Positions 33,991-44,774 of a stretch of DNA of 64,000 bases are shown one piece after another. A model generated the notes under the pieces. The model ran no database searches. It was given only the letters and a program-made list of their open reading frames with translations, and was not told the DNA's origin. Position 1 is the first letter of the stretch; each line of letters starts with the position of its first letter. This stretch comes from Camelus dromedarius (lineage: Eukaryota). Both the position numbers and the translations under genes were made by a program. The stretch is taken from contig NC_087464.1 of the NCBI RefSeq assembly GCF_036321535.1, forward strand, positions 22,630,001 through 22,694,000, given 5' to 3'.

Positions 33991-35327
33991 GGCTTCCCTT
34001 GCCCCATGCTGCCCCTGAGCCAGGAAGGCCCTGCTGGGGAACCAGGGCGGAGGAGGCAGCATTCCTAGAAAGCTCCCTCTGTGTGGCCCCTGCCTGCCTG
34101 GCCCCTCTCGTCCTCTCACCATCACCCTCAAGGTGGACTGCCTACCCTACTGGCCCCCACAGATCCCCCACAGTAGCCAGTCCCGGGAGCCCAGGAGTAA
34201 AGACTTTTTGTCCTCAAAGTAGACAACTGAGCTAATTAACGGATACTCCATCCTTTCCTCAGCTAGGACATTACTTCATTATCCAAAGCCAAACATAGCC
34301 TCACAGTGTCCGGCAAACACGCTCAGGCAGCTGGCAGGAACAGAGCAAATGGATGGGAAGCAAGAGGCCTATTCTGGCCCAGCCTCCCCTCAGGGCTTTG
34401 GGGCTCTGTCCCATCATTCTGACAAATGCTGGGGAAGAGAAAGGAGCCTGTATCGGATAAGAAAGATCACAGGCTGAGCAATAAGGCACAAAGACCCCAC
34501 AGACAACCCACACCTATTGTCACTTCCAGATGAAACCGGCCAGCCCCAGGTGAAGGAGGGAGGGCAGGAGAAATGAGGAGTGGGACTCTGGTGGCAGGCC
34601 AGGCTGCAGCACTGGAGAGCTGGGTGGAAATCCCACAGTGCCCATGGGATGAGCAGCCTTCCCTTGTGCCCAAACGGCAGAGACCAGCCCGTCAGCAGGG
34701 GTGCAGCCTACTTTCCCAGACTCATCGCTGCCACCTGCCCTAAGCCCATGAGATGGACTTCTCACCATCTCCCACACATACAGGTGGCCTCGTGCCAGCC
34801 TCCTCTTCAGTGACCATGCTGTTTCCCCCTCCTTTCTTCCTCTCCAGGCTTGGTGCCACCTTTTTCAGGGGCCTTTCTGACTGTTCCATCCTACAGGAAC
34901 CTGCTCAGCCTCCTGTCTGGAGCACTTCTTATGGGCCCCACAAAATCACATGGTTCTGCAGTGCCTACCATGCCCAGCTCTCATTGTTGTGGTTTGGTTA
35001 TTGACATGCCGATCCTGTTACAGAGAAAGCAGAGATGTGACCGCCTCCATTTCTCCTCTGTCACAGAGTTCGGTATAGAGACAAGTGTTTGTTGACTGAA
35101 CACGAAGAAGTCCTTCTAAAGCCTCCATGTGCTGCAACTGGGAACCCTTGGAGAGTTTAGAGACCAGTGTTGTAGTCAGCTCTAATGCTAAGTTTCTTTG
35201 TGCTCTTGGAGAAGTCACTGGCATCCTCTTGGCCTTAGTGCCCCTACCTGACAAAGCAGGGCTTGAGTCAGAACAGCCAGTGGGGTGTGTTCAGCTGTGA
35301 GGAGATGGTGGGCCCCAGGCTGAGCTA

Positions 35328-35348
35328 GGCGCTGTTCGTGGTGCTGAA
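35328..35348 (-). promoter_or_regulatory. RE1/NRSE (REST-binding silencer), 20/21 match
   Basis: Plus strand GGCGCTGTTCGTGGTGCTGAA = minus strand TTCAGCACCACGAACAGCGCC versus canonical TTCAGCACCACGGACAGCGCC. Confidence 0.7.
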
Positions 35349-35993
35349 CCTGGGAGTGGCCCTCTCTGAGGATGGTGGGTACAAAAGCTGAACACAGCCA
35401 CGGAGAGCGGACTGGAGTCTGGGGGAAGGAAGGAAGGCACAGCTGAGAAAAAAATTATTTGGACTGCTGGTTCTGGGCACTGCAGGGTCTGTCAGCATGG
35501 GTGCCACATGCTCAGGCTTGGGGAGGGGGACTCAGTTTCAGCCACTGGGGTGCCAACAGTCTAGTCAAGGACCCAGAGCCACAGTGAGAACATGATCTGA
35601 TGGAGAAGGAGCTGGAAGCGCACACACACACCATGTGTGCACACAGCAGCACACGCATCACAAACTCTCTGCAAACAATGTAGGCAAGCCTTGCAGGCAC
35701 CAAGCTTCCAGACCAGAGTGCCCTCCCAGACATCAGCACACTTGATCCCCCACACCTGAGGAGGCACAGGGACCTCCTTATGGACCCTGAGGAGGCAAGA
35801 CAGACTTGGTTCCTGGATGCTTCTCACTTCCAGAGTGTGAGAGGCTATTACCCGATCCCCTCCTCCAAGCTGTGCCAGGTGCCTGTCTTCATGAGAGATG
35901 AGACAAAGGAGGCATTCACTGTGGAAAAGCAGGCAGCAGGCCCAGAGATGGGGGAGAAAGTACAGCAGGGAGGGATGGGGAAGGGAGAGAGAC

Positions 35994-36046
35994 AGGGAAA
36001 AGGGGAAGAAAGGGAGGAAAAGAGGAAGGGAGAGAGGAAAGGAAGA
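35994..36046 (+). repeat. 53-nt pure polypurine tract
   Basis: Only A/G from 35994 to 36046. Confidence 0.9.
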
Positions 36047-36149
36047 CAGATTCCACTGCTACTGAGGAGCAGATCTTGGCAGGGCCCTGTGCTGGCCCAG
36101 CCACTGTCCGCTTCTGAATAATTTCTCCAGCAGAAACTCCATAATTACG

Positions 36150-36245
36150 GGTAATAACAATCACTCTGATTTGTGTGTATTGAGCACCTTTCAGCCAGAG
36201 CTCTCCAAGTGCTTTGCCAACATTAATTAATTCATTAGGCACGCC
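36150..36245 (-). mobile_element. 3' tail of an ancient CORE-SINE (MIR1_Amn/MIR3-like)
   Basis: Reverse complement reads ttaattaatgttggcaaagcacttggagagctctggctgaaaggtgctc, close to the recalled tail ttaattaatgtttgtaaagcgctttgagatcctcggatgaaaggcgct. Confidence 0.5.
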
Positions 36246-37104
36246 TGCCTCCCTGGGACAGGGCAACATGACGCCCCACCCCCAGAGCACAGCCGGCTCA
36301 GGGGCTGAGCCTGTGGAGGCAGTCCCAGCATGGGTATGTGCTGGGCGCCCTGAGCTGGGTGGGGCTCCGAGGACGATGAGGCCCGCAGAGCAGCCCCTTT
36401 GGCCCCACACCCCGGCTCGGCTGCCCACTCAGAGGTCGGGTCCGCGCCCTGAGGCACAGCCTCCCTGCCCCAGTCCATGAGAGGGCCAGGCCCAGAGTCA
36501 CCAGGGACCCAGAGACAGCCAAGCCTCAGCTGTGCCCTCAGTCACTGGGGACCTTGGGGACCTCACAAGCGTCTATGAAACAGTTGCTTCCCCTGTAAAA
36601 AGGGGGCGGGGGTCTCCAGTTCCCAAGGTGGTTATGAAGCTCGCGGCAGGCAGTGTGGGTGGGAAGCATTAGACCTGACCAGGGCTACACAAAAGAAGGG
36701 TGTGGCTCCTCCCTCTGCTGGCCGGGTCTGTGGAAAAGGGGACCAGAAGGCCACAGACGGAGGCACAAACACTCCCTACTGGCTAGGACCCCCCTAGAAC
36801 TATACTTGGGCACTCAGTCCCCTTCAGGAGCATGGACATGCCTCTCACTGCAAAGGGCTCTCAGTCCTGCCCCTATTGCCCACCCCAGGCCCCGTCCCAC
36901 ATTGGCCTCCGTGCCAGAGGTCTTGGGGATCTGACCAGAAAAGAGCAGGTTCCCTGAAGGCCAAACTCAAAATCAGGGCTAAAAGGGAACTCCGGGGTCA
37001 CCAGGCCTTAGCCTAGAAGCACAACACTCCTCAAACTCACAGAGAGTGGCCAAATCTGACATCATCCCTTCCAGACCTTCACAGGGCAGATGGGGAAATG
37101 GAGG

Positions 37105-37330
37105 CACAGTGGGAAGAGGAATACAGGCTCTGAAGTCTGACCTGGAATTGAATCCTGGCACCACCATTTCTTTGTGCTAGCACTTGAGCAAGTCACTACC
37201 TCCCTGTGCCTCTATTTCCTTATCTGGAAGAGGAAATGGTAAAGTACCCTTGGCTAACTGCTGCCGACACTGCAGGCACCTAACAAACGGAGCTGTTGTC
37301 AGTAATTATGCTGTAATTACACTGTCTGCT
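37105..37330 (+). mobile_element. MIR SINE, near full length
   Basis: caggctctgaagtctgacctggaattgaatcctggcaccacc...ttgagcaagtcactacctccctgtgcctctatttccttatctgg. Confidence 0.85.
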
Positions 37331-37379
37331 TAACACCTTCCCTAAGGTCACATAGAAAATTCCATAACTAGATCCCTGA

Positions 37380-37800
37380 CTTCATGTCACAACTCTTTAC
37401 TGAGCATCTGCTATGTGCCAGGCACTCTGTCCACCTCTTGAGCTCCTCTCCTTTGTAGATGCCCTCTGCCCAGCTGCCTGGCTTCCTCCCTAACTCCTCC
37501 ACATTCCTGCCTCCTTCCTGATGCCAAGCATTTGCCCTTGCTGTTTCTTCCGCCTAGATTGCCCTCCTTCCTCCTCTCTGCAAAGCTAAGTTCTCTTTCA
37601 ATCTACCAAGATCTTCTCCAGCCCTGTCTCCTCCAGGAAGCCTTCTCTGATTGCCCAAATGTGATTTAAAACCTAACTGCTCCCAAGTTCCACATTCTGT
37701 CTCCTGGGTGCAACTGGGGGTTCCTTCAGGTCTGGGACTAGTCTCCTCCTCAACCTGTTTCCACAGTGTGGCTGAGCAAAGGCTGGTGGGAGGGTTCTGG
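37380..37800. mobile_element. L2 fragments (short - then longer +)
   Basis: tttactgagcatctgctatgtgccaggcactc, followed by ttgcccttgctgtttcttccgcctag...tctcctccaggaagccttctctgattgcc. Confidence 0.6.
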
Positions 37801-38059
37801 GCCAGTCCAGGCCAGGGCTGGGAAGGCAGAGGCTCAACTACCAGGATCATGCAAGCCGATGTCCATGCAGAAGGGCCAGGGAAGGCCTCCAGCTACATCC
37901 TAACTAGCTGAGCCCACTTTCTTCCCTGATGGGTCCCAATCTCTGCATGGAGATCTCCTCGTGTGGTGGCAGCAGACAAGGCCTCAGGTGTGAACGGCAC
38001 TTTACAGTTACGGCACCCACAGTCTCACTGGGGGCCATGAGGAACACGAGGCCCAAGGA

Positions 38060-38270
38060 GCTCAGACACTTGACAGCCACATTCACAAGCACAGTTCCAC
38101 ATATACGGCACTAACGCACAACGACACAGCCAGGCATTCATTCTCACACATAACCACACAAAATACATGGTGGCACACAGCCATGGACGCACACCCTCAC
38201 ACGGAGTTACACAATACACACAGTGACACACAATGACAACTACACATCCATGAACACACACACACCATGA
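38060..38270 (+). repeat. Degenerate CA-rich low-complexity tract
   Basis: acacacac/acacaa-rich sequence. Confidence 0.7.
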
Positions 38271-39639
38271 AGGGGAGGCCAAGCCAGGGTGGTGGCCCCG
38301 GGTCAGCACTGCTGGTTGCGGAGGCAGTAAAAACATGACCATTTCCCTTCATCTGGGCATCTTTCTGGTTTCCCCTCCTTTTTCTGCACATTTTTCATCA
38401 TAGTCTTAAGAACACCAGTGTCGACATGCTAACTTGAAAGACGACTGCAAAAGTGCCACTTTAGGGAAAGTGCTCAGGGCACCGACCCTGCACTCCCCGA
38501 CTTCCACCCACACATCTTCCCCACAGGGCTAGGGACGCCTCCGCATGTGTGCACGTACACCCAGCGCTCCACGGCCCACACACACTCATGTGCACTGCCT
38601 CACACACACCATCCAGGCTCCCACATGCTGACCTCAGAGAGACCTTGGAGCCCACCCCTGGGGAGTGGCTCCACCTCTGCTGTGCAGGTCTCCCCATCCA
38701 TACCTGTGACCCCTACATCTGGGGGAGTGGGTCGGGAACCCAAGCCTGAGAAGGAGTCCCACCACCCGTGAGCAAGGTGAGAAGCTTGGGGCCCTGCTGC
38801 CTCCCTCTTTGTCAAACCCCTCACCCTTCTCTCTCCCCAACTATGTCCCTGTCTCAGGGTCACCTCCTCCAGGAGACCTCTCTCATTCCCAGGAATCATC
38901 TTGGTTTGGTGTTTGAGACAATGTCTTGAGAAGAGTTTTCTTGGGTAGTCTGCCCAGGGTCTTGGTTCTGGGCTGACTGGACAGGAGTCCAAGCCCCCAG
39001 AACAAGAATGGTTGTCAGCCATTCTTGTGGGACGGTCGGCCTCCTTCCCAGGTTTGGGTTCCCTCTTCACACCCTCAGGTTGGGCTCATCAGACACTGAC
39101 CACGTGTAGGAGTTGACTCCAGGGACAGGCATCAGAGAGGAGGGGGATTCCGGTGAGCCAGAATAAAACAGGAGGGGAAGGGAGCACCACACAGGCGGAG
39201 GCCGGGCCCCACAGACCTTATGGAGGTCATTTTCCATCTTTGTGCCTCAGTTTCTTCATCGGTCAATGCACATATTGTGAAGACCAAGTCAAAGTGCTTT
39301 TGATCTAAAAACGCCACGTAGGTGTTAGGGTCCTATGGTGTTTTCCTGCAGGGTGTCCACTGGGAAGTCTTCTGTTCTCCTGAGCCACAGAGGTGTCCCT
39401 TCAAATCCCCAGAGGAGAAGACAGAAGGTGTGAAGACGGGGTAAAGAAAAGCAGTAAGGGGCGGAGTTTGCCCTAAGGGACAGACAGAAGGATGGTGAGG
39501 AAAAGAAAGGCAGCCATAGACGCCTATGAGCAACGGCTGTCTGGAATTGCCCAGAAGCTGGGGCTCAGCCCCCAACCCTGGCACAGGCCTCAGGGCGCAG
39601 GGCCCCTGGTAAAGAGCTCAGCCTCCAGCTCGTTAGCCA

Positions 39640-39880
39640 AGACCTGCTCGTTAATCACGGCGGGCTGCCTCTCCCTGCCTTGGCTGTGTCAGGCCATAAT
39701 AATATATGAAGAACATTCATTTATTCATCAACTTCCCACTCAGGAAAAGATATATGACGTTGTAGGAATGGATTTATCCTGACACCCAGCTTTCAGCAAA
39801 GTGAGGCTAATTTAAACATTTAAGTCGACTGCTCGCCCCTCCCCTCGACTCCCAATTTTTTTCTTAAATGGTGGGAGGTG
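39640..39880. promoter_or_regulatory. Candidate CNE-like island
   Basis: GTTAATCA, CCATAATAATATATG, TTTATTCATCA, ATGACGT and CTAATTTAAAC with retained CpGs. Confidence 0.35.
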
Positions 39881-40419
39881 AAGGATGAGAGGGAAGTTGA
39901 AAATGCACAAGCCTGCATGGTTTGAGAATTGGAGGCAATGGAGAGGAAAGGGGATCTTGGCCAGCTTTCCCTCTGGCCTCTCCCCTACCACTCATCCTGG
40001 CCCTGTCTCAAATAAAATCAGTGCACCAGTGGGTGTGGGGGAGACAGCACTGAGCCAGAGGTCGGAGTCCTGCTCCACCACTAATTCACGGCACCCTGAC
40101 GAGCCCCTCCCCATCTCTGGCCTCCATTCCCTTTTCTGTAGAGCAGCGGGTTGAGCAAACTAGCCCCTGTCCAGGTCCTTTCCAGCTTTGGGAGCTGGGT
40201 TCTTGTGTCCTCTTCTGGGCATCTCCTCACCCCTGTGGTCCATCTTCATGCTCTGGGGAGACAGAGGAGAAGCAGGGCCGAGATGGCCACCCTGCTAGGG
40301 AGAGTCAACTGAACCCAGAGGAGTTCAGAGAAGGCTGGGCAGTCAGGGTGTGCTTCACGGAGGAGGCAAGGCTTAAGTTCAAGCCAAGGGAGCAGCCAGA
40401 TCTTGAGCTCTTTAAGAAC

Positions 40420-40640
40420 ACAGCCTCCAGAGCTAGACACTTAGCCTCAAATCCCTGCTTTCCCATCTTACTCTGTGGCTTTGGCAGTTTGCTTCCCCTT
40501 CCTATGCCTCAGTTTCCTCATCTGAAAAATGATGATGAGAGTGCCTACACTAGAGGGTTCTTGGGAGGATTAGCTGGGGCCACCATCCATGAAAAGCCCC
40601 TGATACCGTGCTCGGCACAGAGGAAGTACTCAGGCAACAC
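40420..40640 (+). mobile_element. MIR SINE, near full length
   Basis: cctcaaatccctgctttccc...ctgtggctttggcagtttgcttccccttcctatgcctcagtttcctcatctgaaaaatgatgat...ggaggattag. Confidence 0.85.
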
Positions 40641-40976
40641 GAGCAGCACCGTCATCAGGGATGGGACAAGAGGGGAGGGGGAAATATCTGGGTGAGGCCA
40701 GCCTGCCCCACGTGTCCTCACTTCAGCCCAGGCCTGTGTGAGATGTCCCAGGGTGGGTCTGCTCCACTTAGTCCATCGGGAGCCCACCAGGCCCCTGACC
40801 GAGGCAGTAGGATTTCTCTTTGCTACAGGCTGAGACCAAACCACCCCACCTGCCATGAGCAAGAAATAAAATCAGGGCCTTCTCTGAAGCCCTGGAAAGC
40901 ACTTAATAGCAGGGCAGGGGAGTAAGTAGCAGGCACCCAGGGGGCGGGCATGTGACATGAGTAAATAAAACGCCTT

Positions 40977-41013
40977 CGCACGCGCGCGCGTGTGTGCATG
41001 CGCGTGCGTGCGC
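40977..41013. repeat. 37-bp perfect YR alternation with (CG)5 core (Z-DNA-prone)
   Basis: cgcacgcgcgcgcgtgtgtgcatgcgcgtgcgtgcgc; 10 CpGs; 14-bp palindrome at 40979-40992. Confidence 0.9.
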
Positions 41014-41574
41014 CTATGTGTACGTGTGCAGACACAGGCACACAATGCCTTTCCCCCACAGCTCCCCCTCCCTTCACTGGCCTCTGATCTGAGGTTACAA
41101 GCCACCAGCTGCCCACAGAGTCCTTGGGCCTGAGAGTGGGCTGGTGTGGAGGCGAGGTACAGGTGGCAAGGGCCCAGCCCAGGCGGAAGACTGGAGGGCA
41201 GCTGGAAGGGAGGACAGAGACCTGGGAAGCCTGCTAACCCCACACTGCCAGAGCCAACTCGGCTCAGGTGGGCCTGGGGCAGCAGGCCATGGCCAAGTTA
41301 CTCTCAAAACCTCAGTGTCCTCACTGAGCCAAATAACATCAACTTCACAAGGTGGCTGCAAAGATGAAGTGAGGTGGTGTACTGAGGCACCAAGCCCAGG
41401 GCCTGGCACCGCAGGTGCTCAGCATGCATCCCTCGGGGCCCCTCCCCCAATTTCGGGGGTGCTGGGAAAGCTGAAAGCAGCTTTCCTCTCACACCTCGCC
41501 AGAACAGGAGACCCCATTAGGCAGTGATGGATTGGAGCCAGGAACAGGGAAAAAAGGTGCCAGCTTATGTGGGG

Positions 41575-41740
41575 GCGTCTGCATCTCTGCAAATCTCGCT
41601 CTAATTGAGTGTCCTATTAAAACACGTTGATTGGTAATGCAGTCGTTTTAATAAAAGAGTTCCTGTGTTATTTTTACAAGTCATAACTGAACAAACATGT
41701 CGAACCGTCTCCCCCGGCCACACCCGCGGGGAGCCTGGCA
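41575..41740. promoter_or_regulatory. Candidate conserved enhancer
   Basis: AT-rich with about 9 CpGs; TAATTG, TGATTGG, TTTTAATAAAA, GTCATAAC, ACAAACA. Confidence 0.5.
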
Positions 41741-42201
41741 TCTGAGCCACATCCCATAACCAGGATGTCACAACTCACCTGGTGCCAGCGGTGCCCATGA
41801 CCCACAAGGCCCGGAAGGCAGCCACCCCACAGACAGTGACTGTCAGGTCTAAGAGGCCCCCTCCCTCCCTAGGCGGGCCTGGGTGACAATTCTAAGGAGG
41901 CGGCTTTTTTTTCCCTCCTCGATAGGAAGCTTGGCGGTGACTCACGCCTGTTTGCCTGTCTCCCCGCAGCAGCCTGCTTCTGTGTTGTCGCTCAGGCACA
42001 CCTGATGACTGCCTCCCCTGTGGGGGTTGGAGGGCACCCTGGGGTGGGAGAGGTGACATTTAACACCCCGGGCTGGAAGTGGAGAGGATCAAGGAGGCAG
42101 AGTGAGCCCAACCACTGAGGGTGCCCTGGGCCCCACCCAGCAACTCCAGCCCCAGTGGGCCTCAGTGCCTAGCCATCTAAAAGCAGGGATCGGACCATAC
42201 A

Positions 42202-42475
42202 CAGGGGTTGCAAACTGGGCAACAGGATGTTTGGCTTGGCCTGCTCAGTGGTTTTTAAGAGATTCAAGTCAGTTGCCAACTTTTATAAATCACACAGAAA
42301 TCTGGGCTTCTCTTGGAAAAATCTAACCTGGCCACACATGGCCTGCATTCACACGTGGCAACAATCTGGTGGTGCTGATGGTATCCCTTTGGTCCCCCAC
42401 AGTCCCCACCCAGCCTGCTTCATTCATTTCCATTCCCTGCCTGTTCCCTGGAATCTGAGTTTGAGACTGCCCCCT
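42202..42475 (+). mobile_element. MER102-type hAT DNA transposon (internally deleted)
   Basis: caggggttgcaaactgg...ttgccaac...ggcttctcttggaaaaatc...ggcaacaatc...cacagtccccacc...gagtttgagac. Confidence 0.75.
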
Positions 42476-42619
42476 CCAAACCGGGCCTCCAGTTGTAAGG
42501 TTCCAAGTCTCTAAACCTGTGCTCTGCCTGGGGCTGGGGGAAGTGAGGCACAGGAGGAAAAGGGGGTTAACAGGACTCGTAGCTAGACCCAAATTGGGAA
42601 TACAATGCAGGAACATACA

Positions 42620-43075
42620 TACAAACCACAGACTTTATTGTCAACGGTTTTACTTTGTGTTGTTATTAATTAGTATCCATGTTCAATTCACACCATTCTA
42701 TTAAACCAAACATTTGCTCCAGTGTATGGGGTGGGACGGTGCTGGGACCTGCCATCCAACTGTGAGGGACCAGGCCTCTGCAGCCCGGTCCAGACACAGG
42801 ACCACACATGATCAAAGGCTGTCCTAGGGGCTGGCTGATAGCCCAGGAGCCGGGATGGATATTCTCTGTTTTCAAATTTGGGGACCTAATAACCAGTTTA
42901 AAAGGTTGAGTTGTAATTGTGCAGATACACAGAATGAAATAAAAGCTTTTTTCTGCTATGATTGTGCTCTTTTCAGTTAAGATGTCTAGACTCCAGAAAT
43001 ACCATTAATCTGGTCCAGGTCAGGCACAGGACATTACAGGTAAATAATCTCCCACCGTAATTAAGTGCAGGAAGG
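42620..43075. promoter_or_regulatory. AT-rich CNE-like segments
   Basis: TTTATTGTCA, TAATTA 42667 and 43058, CATTAATC, TAATCT. Confidence 0.35.
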
Positions 43076-43534
43076 AGAGATTCCACGTTCAGATCTCTCA
43101 GCTACCTGGTGAACACCTTTCCACTTCCAGCACTCAGTCCATGGGCCCCCTCCTCCACGAAGCCTTCCCTGACTTACCACCCAAGGGACATACCACTCCC
43201 TCCACAAGACCTCCCACTCTGCCAAGCATCGCCTCACACCTCTACCTCTGTCCCAGGGGCCTTCACTGTAACACATCCACTCACAAACCTGCCTCCCCGC
43301 AGGGCTGGGAACTCCCTGAGGGAGGAACTGGGTCTGGATGTTCTGTCACCCCAGTACCAGCTTCAAGACCCAGATTGGTACACAGTAGGTGCTTAACAGA
43401 TGGCCAAAAAACTAATGGAGGACCAAAGGTGAGGAGGCAAGAGAGAGAAATCCCAGAAAGGGATGTGCCCACCCACCCCCGCCCCCGAGGCAGACAGGCA
43501 TGCCCCACCTCACCCCGCCCTCACCCAGTTGGCA

Positions 43535-43725
43535 AAAGCTGCAGAATTAAGCACAAGTTATAATTAAGACGGGATGTTTGAAGAGAAACATAATCTCCGT
43601 TTCCGTGGGATCCGCGGGCACAACAGTAATTAACGTCTCATTAACATTCGCCTAATTAAGCAGTTCATGAAAATGTATAGATTTGCATACTGCCACGCCA
43701 GGCTCAAGGCGGCAAAATTAACCCC
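43535..43725. promoter_or_regulatory. Strong candidate POU + homeodomain enhancer
   Basis: TAATTA at 43561, 43627 and 43653; TAATCT; CATTAA; octamer ATTTGCAT 43681-43688; 9 CpGs in 180 bp at about 41% GC (no CpG depletion). Confidence 0.65.
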
Positions 43726-43739
43726 TCAGGCCTCAGGTT

Positions 43740-43795
43740 GGGGTTGGGAGGCAGGGAGGGCTGGGTGAGGCCTGGGGAGGAGGCGGGGTGGAGGG
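43740..43795 (+). other. G-quadruplex-forming motif
   Basis: GGGG-TT-GGG-AGGCA-GGG-A-GGG-CT-GGG, then two further G4 runs. Confidence 0.6.
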
Positions 43796-44149
43796 ACACC
43801 AGTCACTTGAGGCTGGGGGGAAGGGATGGTCCTCAGGGGCCAACCTAGCACCTCCCACAGCCCCACCTCGCAAGTCCCTCCACCAGACCCTCCACCGACC
43901 TGAGGTGAACAGCTCACTCCTCTCCTCTTCCGACTCACTGGGCCAACATCAGAGTTTCTCAGAAAAGACCTTTTATAAGGAAATGAAGGTCATTTGCCCC
44001 ACCCCCTCCACCACCCCCAGGCTTTTCCAGCCCCCACTACTGACCAAACCCTGAGGGTCTCCCTGCAAAGCCCACTGCTCAGCCATGCTTCTGGGTGCCC
44101 ACCATTCCCCGTGGCTCTCTGCAGGGAACAGATCTTCCAATTAAAAAAC

Positions 44150-44320
44150 CTTTTTAGCTTCAGGTGCTTTTACCTGCATTACCTCACTCAGCCCTGCCAG
44201 CTTCCTGAGGGCTGAGCGAGTGGCCATCCCATTATATCCCAAAGGAGAGAGGCTCAGAGAGGTCTAGATCCCGCCTAAGATCACAGAGCTGTAGTGACAG
44301 ACCCCAGGGCTCTGTGACCC
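44150..44320 (-). mobile_element. MIR SINE
   Basis: atcccattatatcccaaaggagagaggctcagagaggtctagatcccgcctaagatcacagagct. Confidence 0.7.
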
Positions 44321-44774
44321 CAAAACCCCTCCCACTTCCCCTGGCTGCTCGATTTGGATACAAACACTCCCTGCCAGCAATAACAACACACTTGTAGCCC
44401 CGCCTTGGGAAAAAGCAAGCTGCTCCTTCTCCCCTCACCTGGACACCTATTAACCACCCTCCTGGGGGCCTCCTCAGCTCCCAGCCCAGCCACCACAGCT
44501 GGATCTGAGCTGCAACCTGAGTCACTCGTGACGTGGCCATGGCGGGAGGCCTCAGTTCCCCAAAGGACAACAAAGAAAGGGGCCTTTTAGGACAGTGTCA
44601 AGGCTCAAGTAAAGCATTTCTCTCCAGAGCACTCTGAAGCCTTGATCACTGCACGCATTTTGGTTGTTCATTAATTATCTTTTTACTCCTTGAGCTCCAC
44701 GCCCACTGCAGTGATGCCCACTGTTCGTGTGCCTCAGACACTGGTCAACTCTGTCCTTTCTTAGGGCAGATTCA

